Below, piece by piece: positions 9,591-17,075 of a DNA stretch of 64,000 nt. The stretch is from an uncultured Gammaproteobacteria bacterium (GTDB taxonomy: Bacteria > Patescibacteriota > Patescibacteriia > JAHIZJ01), in the NCBI GenBank assembly GCA_964371245.1, contig CAYJKP010000001.1:123042-187041 (forward strand), given 5' to 3'. The notes under the pieces are model-generated. The model was not told where the DNA came from. It did no database searches and saw only the letters and a program-made list of their open reading frames with translations. The stretch's first letter is position 1; every line of letters begins with the position of its first letter. The translations under genes were made by a program, and so were the position numbers.

Positions 9591-10334
9591 ATGGCTGAGA
9601 AAAAGGTAACGACCGCCCCAAAAACGAAAACCATCGTTATTGTTGTTATTGGACTGCTGGCTTTTCTCGGTTTTCTTTTTGCCTTGATCATGACCCGGTC
9701 AACAATGAACTCAATCTCGCGGCGACTGAACACGAAGGTGGTCTACGAAGGCGTCTCAGATCCGGTTGACCAGTCACAAGATGTTTTGGTAACCGCCGCG
9801 AATAAAGAAGTGAGCGGGACGCCGGAAATCCGTGACACCGATCCGGTCTTAGGAACCGCGGCTCCAAAAATCACCATCATCGAATTTGCCAGTTTCGGAT
9901 CCGGCTATTCAGCAGCGGCTCAGCCAATCGTTCAACAAATCATGGACAATTATGGCAGCGAGGTGAAGCTTGTTTTCAAGGATTATTTTAGCCAGTCTGA
10001 TGCAATGGCGAGCTTGGGAGCGAAGGCGGCTCGCTGCGCTCAAGCCCAAAACAAGTTCTGGGAGATGGAGAAACAGATTTTTCAGACCACGGATGGATTT
10101 GGGAAGTCAGACCTCGTTGATATCGCAAAAAAAATCGGGTTAACCGAAGACGCCTTCACCGCTTGCCTCGACAAAACAGAAACCGATTCCGCCGTCAGCC
10201 AGAATATCAGCGATGGCATTGAGCTTCACCTGTCCGCCGTTCCGACGTTTTTTGTCGACGACAAGGTGCTAACCGGCATCGTGACGTATGACGAATTTGA
10301 GGCACTGGTCATACAAGAACTCGAAGGAAAATAA
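9591..10334 (+). CDS. DsbA/thioredoxin-fold protein lacking CxxC
   Basis: G..APKITIIEFASF, AARCAQAQNKFWEM, VPTFFV; active-site position reads SGYS. Confidence 0.8.
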   Translation: MAEKKVTTAPKTKTIVIVVIGLLAFLGFLFALIMTRSTMNSISRRLNTKVVYEGVSDPVDQSQDVLVTAANKEVSGTPEIRDTDPVLGTAAPKITIIEFASFGSGYSAAAQPIVQQIMDNYGSEVKLVFKDYFSQSDAMASLGAKAARCAQAQNKFWEMEKQIFQTTDGFGKSDLVDIAKKIGLTEDAFTACLDKTETDSAVSQNISDGIELHLSAVPTFFVDDKVLTGIVTYDEFEALVIQELEGK

Positions 10335-10342
10335 GAGGATAT

Positions 10343-10380
10343 AAAAAAACAGGTTGGAACGCTACATCGCCTGTTTTTTT
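10343..10380. terminator. Bidirectional intrinsic terminator
   Basis: AAAAAAACAGG...CCTGTTTTTTT between convergent genes. Confidence 0.6.
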
Positions 10381-10472
10381 GGTAATAAAATAGCAGGCGA
10401 CTATCTCTTCGGACGCGAGTCCTAAAGAGACAGCCAACCTGCCGTGACTGAAAAGATCAGATCAGACGCGTA

Positions 10473-11048
10473 CTACGCAGACGGGACAATGTGTGCCCGA
10501 GACCGACGGCGTCCGTTGATAGCCTCCAGACCGAACAGCTCGAGAACCTCGGCCGGACCACTGAGACGCTGCAACGACTCGCCGAACTGCTCAACCCATT
10601 CGGGTAGAGTCGTCGTGGTGCCCTTGATGGCGCCACAGTGACCCGTTACCGTCCGGTGGAGGCAGACCGTGAGCGGCACCTCGCCTTCTCCGTGGAGTGT
10701 GGCCTTGATCTGGCAGCTGAAGTCGTGGTGTCCGGCATAGAGGAAGCCAGGACGATCGGGCTTGAACCGACGCAGCTCCTGACAGACCTCGCCAACCGGG
10801 GTTACGCCAGCCGCCGTGAGCAGTTCCATGGGTCCACCGAGGTGGCGGATCCGAGGATCCGCTGCGAACACGGCCAGCGGCTTGGAGACTTCAGGGACCA
10901 GGCCGTGGATTCGCCCAGGCCCGACTAGGTTGATGCAGGCGTTGAACTGTCTCGCCCCACCGTTGCCCTGGAACTCGACATCGAATGGACTGAAAATGCA
11001 TGGTCCAAACGAGTGCTTACCCGTCTTCGGGTTGTAGATCATGCACAT
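10473..11048 (-). CDS. Orphan hypothetical protein (GC-rich)
   Basis: 191-aa ORF with strong SD AAAGGGAGG before ATG, upstream promoter, downstream long hairpin. Confidence 0.6.
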   Translation of the reverse strand: MCMIYNPKTGKHSFGPCIFSPFDVEFQGNGGARQFNACINLVGPGRIHGLVPEVSKPLAVFAADPRIRHLGGPMELLTAAGVTPVGEVCQELRRFKPDRPGFLYAGHHDFSCQIKATLHGEGEVPLTVCLHRTVTGHCGAIKGTTTTLPEWVEQFGESLQRLSGPAEVLELFGLEAINGRRRSRAHIVPSA

Positions 11049-11502
11049 ACTCGCCTCCCTTTCAGGCAGTATGCAGTGAAGCGTCGTGAGGATCCGTCCT
11101 CACCGATCTCATGCAAGGTGCAAGCTGATGTTGAAGGACCCCCGTTTTCATACCGTGATGATCACCAGAAGAACGGCGATCGAAGAACCCGCAACCTCAG
11201 CCGAATTTCAAGCGCATGTCAACCCCCTTTGCCGTTGTTGTACCCCCTTGTACCCAGTCCTCGGGATGCTGATCTACCGGATTGCTCCGGAGAAAATCGC
11301 GGGGGGAGCCCGTAACGTTTCAGTGGTCCTTCCATCAACTGGGTAGGGCTTGGTCTGGGGAAAGGGCCCAGGCCGTCCTCCTACTGATGTTGTGGGCAGA
11401 CCTATACAGATTCGAATCGCGGGGCTCCCACCCACTAACCTTGCTTTCAAGAGTGTGGTGTGTCGTAGCACGCGAACTTAAGATAGCAATGTGCTATCAA
11501 CG

Positions 11503-11531
11503 AGTATATTTAGATATTGCATTTCTGTCAA
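11503..11531 (-). promoter_or_regulatory. sigma70 promoter
   Basis: TTGACA-17 nt-TATACT on minus strand. Confidence 0.75.
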
Positions 11532-11545
11532 GGCAGGGGAGCGCC

Positions 11546-13627
11546 TTATTCCCAGTGAATTGATTCCTTAAACTCGCGCATTTTTTGCCTGATGTTAGGG
11601 TATCGTGTCAATTCAAAATCACGGTCAAGGATATTTTTCGCTATAGCTTGCGCTTTATTGATAATCGGAAAGTCTGTTAGTTTCGCGATTTTAAATTCTG
11701 GGAAACCAGATTGCCGTAAGCCGTAGAGTTCGCCGGCCCCGCGCATTTCCAGGTCCTTTTCCGCTAAGGCAAAGCCATTTTGCGAACCAGCAATCGCATA
11801 TAGGCGCTGCTGGGCGTTTTCATTTTCGGTTTCGGTCAAGAGGAAGCAGGAGGCTTGATGACTACCTCGGCCGACGCGGCCGCGAAACTGGTGGAGCTGA
11901 GCCAAGCCAAAGCGTTCAGCGCCTTCGATCAGCATGACCGTCGCGTTTGGCACGTCGATGCCGACTTCAATAACCGACGTTGAAACAAGTATTTGAATAG
12001 TGTTCGCCAGGAAATCGCGCATGACCTTCTCACGGCTCGGCGCCGGTAGTCGGCCGTGGAGCAGGCCGATTTTAAATTTTGGAAAAATCTTTTTTTGCAG
12101 CCGTTCATGCTCTTCGCGGGCGGATTTTACGCCGAGCTTGTCTGACGGATCAATCAGCGGGCAGATGACAAATGCCTGTCGGCCATGAGCGATTTCCTCG
12201 GCAATGAACTGATAGGTTTCCATTCGTTCGTGCGGAGGCACGATCTTTGTGAGAATCTTTTGACGGCCTTTTGGCAGTTCATCAATGACCGAAATATCCA
12301 GGTCACCATAAAAACCGAGTGCGAGCGTCCGCGGGATCGGCGTGGCAGTCAGGCTCAGAAAATGAGGGGAGGTCAACGCGCCGGTTTGTGATTTTCCGGC
12401 TAGGGCTTTCCGCTGGTCCACGCCGAAACGATGCTGTTCGTCAACCATGGCTAGGCCGAGCCGGTGAAAAGAAATTTTTTCCTGGAGCACGGCGTGGGTA
12501 CCGATCATCAGGTCGAGACGACCACTTGAAATTTTTCGGGCGAGCGTCGTCTGAGTCAACGATTTATTTGTCTGATTTGTCATTTTCAAGCTTCGGGTCA
12601 GCAGTCCGACGGTTATTTTTTCTTTTTGAAAAAGTTTGGAGAAGGTATCAAAATGCTGCCCGGCGAGAATTTCGGTCGGGGCCATGAGAACTGATTGCCA
12701 GCCCTGTTTGGCAGCATTGAGCACGGCCAGGCTGGCGACGACGGTTTTACCCGAGCCAACGTCGCCGTCCAAGAGGCGGTTCATCGGATGATTTTTTCCC
12801 ATGTCCCGTAATATTTGCCAGGCAGCGCGTCGCTGCGCGTTCGTCAGACGAAAGGGCAGACGGTCGACATATTTTTTCGTCAGCTCCTGGTTGAAGGGAA
12901 TGGCCGGAGCGGGGATGTGCTCGAGGAGGCGGCGGTTTTGGAGGGTATAGACTTGGATCGGAAAAAGCTCGTCGAATTTAAGGCGTTCGAGCGCTTTTTT
13001 TAGGAGAGAATGGTTACGCGGAAAATGAATTTCCTGGAGTGCATATTGTTCCTCCATCAGCTCGGCCTGTTTCCTGAGGGCAAAAGGGAGATAGTCAATC
13101 GTTCGACGGGCGAGTGGTCTCACTAGCTGGGCGAGAAAGCGAATCTGACGCTGGGTCAGCCGATTGGTCGTCGGATAGATGGGCACGAGCCGGCCAGTAT
13201 GGATCGCCGGTCCGGCTAATTTTTCATACGAGGGGCTGGTAAAATGCAGACCGTATTTGTCCATTTCCAGCTTGCCGGCCACAACAATATGGTCGCCCGG
13301 CGAGAAGGTTTTCAGTAAATACGGTTGATTAAACCAAATGATTTTAACTGAGCCGGTTTGGTCGCCGACAATCGCTTCGGTGATATAGAGGCGCCGGCGG
13401 AAACTCCGGCGATTCTGGATGTCCTGGATCTTCCCTTTAATCGTCACCTGCGCGCCGGGGACGAGTTTGTCGATGGTGGTAATCTTTGAAAAATCCTCAT
13501 AGCGCGACGGGAAATGATACAGAACATCTTTGGCTGTCCGGATACCAAGCGTTTTCAGGCGTTGGGCAACTGTTTTCCCAACCGAGTATAATTCCTCAGC
13601 CGGCGTATCAAATTGAATGAGTTTCAT
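11546..13627 (-). CDS. recG: ATP-dependent DNA helicase RecG
   Basis: OB wedge, GDVGSGKT, DEQHRFG, TATPIPRT, QFRGRVGR, DLEMRGAGE. Confidence 0.97.
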   Translation of the reverse strand: MKLIQFDTPAEELYSVGKTVAQRLKTLGIRTAKDVLYHFPSRYEDFSKITTIDKLVPGAQVTIKGKIQDIQNRRSFRRRLYITEAIVGDQTGSVKIIWFNQPYLLKTFSPGDHIVVAGKLEMDKYGLHFTSPSYEKLAGPAIHTGRLVPIYPTTNRLTQRQIRFLAQLVRPLARRTIDYLPFALRKQAELMEEQYALQEIHFPRNHSLLKKALERLKFDELFPIQVYTLQNRRLLEHIPAPAIPFNQELTKKYVDRLPFRLTNAQRRAAWQILRDMGKNHPMNRLLDGDVGSGKTVVASLAVLNAAKQGWQSVLMAPTEILAGQHFDTFSKLFQKEKITVGLLTRSLKMTNQTNKSLTQTTLARKISSGRLDLMIGTHAVLQEKISFHRLGLAMVDEQHRFGVDQRKALAGKSQTGALTSPHFLSLTATPIPRTLALGFYGDLDISVIDELPKGRQKILTKIVPPHERMETYQFIAEEIAHGRQAFVICPLIDPSDKLGVKSAREEHERLQKKIFPKFKIGLLHGRLPAPSREKVMRDFLANTIQILVSTSVIEVGIDVPNATVMLIEGAERFGLAQLHQFRGRVGRGSHQASCFLLTETENENAQQRLYAIAGSQNGFALAEKDLEMRGAGELYGLRQSGFPEFKIAKLTDFPIINKAQAIAKNILDRDFELTRYPNIRQKMREFKESIHWE

Positions 13628-13707
13628 ACCCCAATGGTATCAGATTATTTCCAAAAGCGGAATGCATATCTAGACTGATTCGCGTTCTATTGATATACTA
13701 CGGCCTG

Positions 13708-14274
13708 ATGTTAACCCAATTATTTCAACATATCGACCTTGTTGTCACTCAGGCCCTGCAGTCGTTCCAGCCGTCCTGGCTGACAAATATTGCGCGGCAC
13801 GTCAGCGATATCTGCGCGCCGCGATTTATCGTGCCGGCGCTCGTCATCAGCTTGATCGTTTGGTGGTATTCTCGTCAAAAACACCGTGAAGCAATCCAAT
13901 TCGCGGCGGTTCTCTCCGGTAATATTTTCTCATTTATTCTTAAACCGTTGATTGAGCGGCCGCGCCCAGTTGATGGTATTGTACGCGTCATAGTTCACGA
14001 GCCAACGTACAGTTTTCCGAGTGGCCACGCCTTGGCCATCGCTCTCGGAGCCGGGTTTCTATGGTTTTGGTCAAATCACTTCTCGCGGCCAATTCGTATT
14101 ATTATCCGGCTGATTGCGGTTGCCGCTTTTTTAGCCGTCGGCTGGTCGCGTATCTATCTCGGAGCGCACTGGCTGAGCGACGTTATTGCCGGATATGCGA
14201 TTGGACTTCTCTGGGTCGGGGCAGTCTGGCTCTACTGGCCGAGAGTATTGGCTAGGACTCTAAAAAAGATATAA
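13708..14274 (+). CDS. PAP2 family membrane phosphatase
   Basis: K..IERPRP, SFPSGH, SRIYLGAHWLSD motifs. Confidence 0.92.
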   Translation: MLTQLFQHIDLVVTQALQSFQPSWLTNIARHVSDICAPRFIVPALVISLIVWWYSRQKHREAIQFAAVLSGNIFSFILKPLIERPRPVDGIVRVIVHEPTYSFPSGHALAIALGAGFLWFWSNHFSRPIRIIIRLIAVAAFLAVGWSRIYLGAHWLSDVIAGYAIGLLWVGAVWLYWPRVLARTLKKI

Positions 14275-14291
14275 GGCGATTGTCATAATCA

Positions 14292-14318
14292 CAAAAACCG
14301 CGACTGGGCGGTTTTTTG
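14292..14318. terminator. Bidirectional terminator
   Basis: CAAAAACCGC-GACTGG-GCGGTTTTTTG. Confidence 0.6.
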
Positions 14319-14326
14319 TTTTATCA

Positions 14327-14403
14327 TGGTGCGCCCGGCAGGGGTCGAACCTGCGACCTTGAGATCCGCAATCTCACGCTCTATCCAGCTGAGCTACGGG
14401 CGC
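14327..14403 (-). tRNA. tRNA-Arg (anticodon GCG)
   Basis: 77-nt cloverleaf GCGCCCG...CGGGCGC-A-CCA; anticodon stem TGAGA/TCTCA with loop TT-GCG-GA; GTTCGAC T-loop. Confidence 0.95.
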
Positions 14404-14436
14404 GCGTGTATCCATTGTTGGAGTCGGACGCGATTC

Positions 14437-14925
14437 TTAGAGTTTGTATTCGCGACTGATGGTTTCCGAGATATTTTCGTCCTCTTTCGAAATATCTTCC
14501 TTCAAATAATCGAGCAAGATTTCCCGCACCTTCGTCGGTTGGGCACGTTCGAGTGGAATGACGAGCTCAGGCTTCCAAAAGGTTTTGAAATGGAAATAGA
14601 CGTATTTGCTGTGCGGTGGTTTGTATATTACCCAGAATTTTTCGATATCGTCAAATGGGTAGAATTTGTTATTGACCAGAAGTCCGTCTTCCAGGATAGT
14701 GAACTGAAGCATTTGCGGTTTGCGACGGCCTGAAACGTAGATAACCGTCCAGGCGATCAGGATAATCATCAGGAAGAGAAAGTTGGCCGTGAAGAGCGAC
14801 CAGATCATCGCTGCCCCGCCAATTAGGAAAAAGAAGACATGCCAGGCTTTTCCGCGCTGGCGCGCTTGGTGTTCGGGGAACTTCCAGGTGGCTAATTTTT
14901 GGCCACGATCATTCGTTTCGGGCAT
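14437..14925 (-). CDS. Conserved hypothetical membrane protein (two TM plus soluble domain)
   Basis: W.FPEH..R.K.W start, two TM helices, DGL.VN.K.YPF.DIEKFW. Confidence 0.75.
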   Translation of the reverse strand: MPETNDRGQKLATWKFPEHQARQRGKAWHVFFFLIGGAAMIWSLFTANFLFLMIILIAWTVIYVSGRRKPQMLQFTILEDGLLVNNKFYPFDDIEKFWVIYKPPHSKYVYFHFKTFWKPELVIPLERAQPTKVREILLDYLKEDISKEDENISETISREYKL

Positions 14926-14986
14926 AGAATTATAGCTAGCAAGTTAACGAATCCATAGTAGCATGTTTTTGGCCGCCCTAACAGGC

Positions 14987-15730
14987 TTAGGTCGGATTTT
15001 TATCGACCGCTTGCTGCAGTGCTTGTTTCAGCTGTCCATAGGTCGAAAATGGTTCCAGAAACTTCCCGTTGAGATAATAGGTGGGCGTGCCATTAATTGG
15101 GATGCGCTCGCCGGCCAGGACGGCGTCAGAAATGATTTTCTTAATGGCGTCAGACGCATAATCGCTCAGGAATTGTGTTTTATCGAGATTGAGCGACTCG
15201 GTGTACTGGGCAAACGTATTTGCCGGATCATCAAGCTCTGACCACTCGGCTTGTTTTTCAAACAAGACATCGTGCATCTCCCAAAACTTCCCCTGTTTGC
15301 CGGCGGCTTCGGCTGCCCAGGCGGCCGGCTTCGCGTTTGGGTGCATGGTCAGGGGGAAGTGACGAAAGACGAAAGCGACACGATCACCAAACTCAGTTTC
15401 GGCCTGTTTCACGAACAGGTACCGGGCGGAGCACGCCGGACATTGAAAATCGCTGTATTCGATTAAGACAACTTTTGAATCGTTTTTACCTCTGACCCAG
15501 TCGCCGCCGGCAACGGCGTCAAGCGGTAATTTTGGCATTTTGGCCGCGCTTTTGCTGCCCAGCCAGAAGATGCCGAATATGACAAGCGCTCCAGCGACGC
15601 CGATAACACTCCAAAGCAATATTTTATTACGGCGCTGTTTGCCGACTTGTTGTTCGCTGCGTTCGGCTTTTTCCTGCCGGCGCAATTCGCGCCGTTCCCT
15701 TTTGGTCAGGTTTTTGTTTAGTTCATCCAT
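14987..15730 (-). CDS. DsbA/BdbD-like thiol-disulfide oxidoreductase
   Basis: EYSDFQCPAC, FRHFPL, GTPT cis-Pro loop, N-terminal TM. Confidence 0.92.
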   Translation of the reverse strand: MDELNKNLTKRERRELRRQEKAERSEQQVGKQRRNKILLWSVIGVAGALVIFGIFWLGSKSAAKMPKLPLDAVAGGDWVRGKNDSKVVLIEYSDFQCPACSARYLFVKQAETEFGDRVAFVFRHFPLTMHPNAKPAAWAAEAAGKQGKFWEMHDVLFEKQAEWSELDDPANTFAQYTESLNLDKTQFLSDYASDAIKKIISDAVLAGERIPINGTPTYYLNGKFLEPFSTYGQLKQALQQAVDKNPT

Positions 15731-15784
15731 ATCGCAACACCTTGTTGATTAAATTAATTATCCTGGCGGAGGAGAGAGGATTCG

Positions 15785-15899
15785 CCCAGCACCAGGGCGG
15801 AGGGGGTGAGATTCGAACTCACGGTACCTTTGCAGGTACAACGGTTTTCAAGACCGTCCCTTTAAACCGCTCAGGCACCCCTCCGCTCTCGGTGCTGGG
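15785..15899. repeat. 9-bp inverted repeats CCCAGCACC / GGTGCTGGG bounding the nested tRNA
   Basis: 15785-15793 and 15891-15899 are perfect reverse complements. Confidence 0.85.
15798..15884 (-). tRNA. tRNA-Ser (TGA), complete inner copy without encoded CCA
   Basis: GGAGGGG/CCCCTCC acceptor, ACGGT-CT-TGA-AA-ACCGT anticodon arm, long variable arm GTACC/GGTAC, GTGAG-TTCGAAT-CTCAC; followed by CCC. Confidence 0.9.
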
Positions 15900-15956
15900 T
15901 TCAAGACTGCCCCGTTCAACCACTCCGGCACTCCTCCAGAAGAGGGTGGTAAATCA

Positions 15957-15978
15957 TTGGCGGAGAGTGCAGGATTCG
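15957..15978 (-). repeat. Direct repeat of tRNA-Ser(GCT) 3' end
   Basis: TTGGCGGAGAGTGCAGGATTCG identical at 15957-15978 and 16114-16135. Confidence 0.85.
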
Positions 15979-16114
15979 TGTCCGGGGCAGCGACGTATGC
16001 TCTCGCTGGTCGCATCCGTCGGCGCTCCCTTCGTCTCACTCCGTTCGCTCTGATCGCTTCTGTCCTTCTCATCCTGCCATTATTTTTTATCCGCTGCCGC
16101 TTCGCTCCAGCTTT

Positions 16115-16204
16115 TGGCGGAGAGTGCAGGATTCGAACCTGCGAGGGACCTTACGGTCCCATGGTTTAGCAAACCATTGCCTTAAGCCACTCGGCCAACT
16201 CTCC
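16115..16204 (-). tRNA. tRNA-Ser (GCT)
   Basis: 90-nt cloverleaf, ATGGT-TT-GCT-AA-ACCAT anticodon arm, long variable arm, encoded CCA. Confidence 0.96.
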
Positions 16205-16313
16205 GTGTTAGTTGTTGTCAAACTTCTTCGTTATTTAGGATTGTGAAAAAGCTACTTTACCTCGGTCTCCCTTCGGGAGATCCCCCGTAGGGGGACCAAC
16301 TCTCCGTATCATA

Positions 16314-17054
16314 TTACTGTTTTGATCGGGCAAACACGACACCCCAGACTTTTCCGGCGCCAGCCTTACGAAGCGTCTGGGCGCAGGCCTCAAGCGTGGC
16401 GAGCGTTGTGGCCACATCATCAATAAGTATAACGGTTTGACCAGATATGACAACCCCTCGTTTGACCCGGATGGCGGCCGTCAGATTGGCTAAACGTTCA
16501 GCGCGCGCCAACTGAGCTTGCGGGCTCGTATAATAGGCGCGGCTGAGTATATCAGTTCGTACGGGCCAGTCAAGCGCCTGTCCAAAAGCCCTGGCGATCG
16601 TCTCGGCTTGATTAAAGCCACGTTCGTTTTTTCGTTGCCAATGAAGGGGGATCGGGATTACAACCGGTTTTTGATTGGCTGTGTCAATGGCCAGCCGCTG
16701 CGTTGTTATGGCCGAGGCGATCTCTTGTCCGAGGGACACGCCAAGTTCTTCAATGAACCGGTATTTCAGGGCGTGAACGCAGGTTTGGATAAGAGGTTGT
16801 TGATAATCAGCCCGGACGAATAAACCAGCAAGCGAAGTTTTATGCGAGCAATCAGGACAGGTCAAGTACGACGCTTGCGGCCGGCGACATACGGGGCACT
16901 CAGGCTGGGGGATAGGTCCGATGCGTTTTCGGCAGTCGTCGCACAGCCAACGGTCGTAACGGCCACACCCGCCGACGCAGCGGATCGGGAAAATGCAATC
17001 GAGAACGAGTTGCCAATAACGCCGAAGTGTTTTCGCGTACATAAAAAGGCGCAT
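16314..17054 (-). CDS. comF: ComF family competence protein (phosphoribosyltransferase-like)
   Basis: N-terminal Cys clusters, PIPLH..ERGFNQ, LIDDVATT.ATL. Confidence 0.9.
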   Translation of the reverse strand: MRLFMYAKTLRRYWQLVLDCIFPIRCVGGCGRYDRWLCDDCRKRIGPIPQPECPVCRRPQASYLTCPDCSHKTSLAGLFVRADYQQPLIQTCVHALKYRFIEELGVSLGQEIASAITTQRLAIDTANQKPVVIPIPLHWQRKNERGFNQAETIARAFGQALDWPVRTDILSRAYYTSPQAQLARAERLANLTAAIRVKRGVVISGQTVILIDDVATTLATLEACAQTLRKAGAGKVWGVVFARSKQ

Positions 17055-17075
17055 TCTCCCAACCGCCTTTTTTTC

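Larger units (their letters stand above)
15764..15937 (-). pseudogene. Interrupted outer tRNA-Ser(TGA): 5' part 15937-15900 and 3' part 15784-15764
   Basis: GGAGGAGTGCCGGAGTGGTTGAACGGGGCAGTCTTGAA then insert then CGAATCCTCTCTCCTCCGCCA; acceptor strands still complementary. Confidence 0.85.

Noticed and set aside
11049-11500. RNase P RNA or tmRNA
   Set aside because: No GAGGAAAGTCC or matching 3' P4 strand, and no tRNA-Ala-like ends with CCA.
15785-15899. Insert after the anticodon as a group I or BHB-type tRNA intron
   Set aside because: Only 115 nt, almost entirely a tRNA; removing it would not restore the outer tRNA because ~30 nt of exon are missing.
15957-16135. Intact prophage or integrative island at tRNA-Ser
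   Set aside because: Only ~136 nt between the repeats; no integrase or phage genes nearby.
15742-16169. Short ORFs over the tRNA-Ser locus (also 14326-14733 and 47616-47825)
   Set aside because: They overlap tRNA genes or the opposite strand of real genes; spurious.
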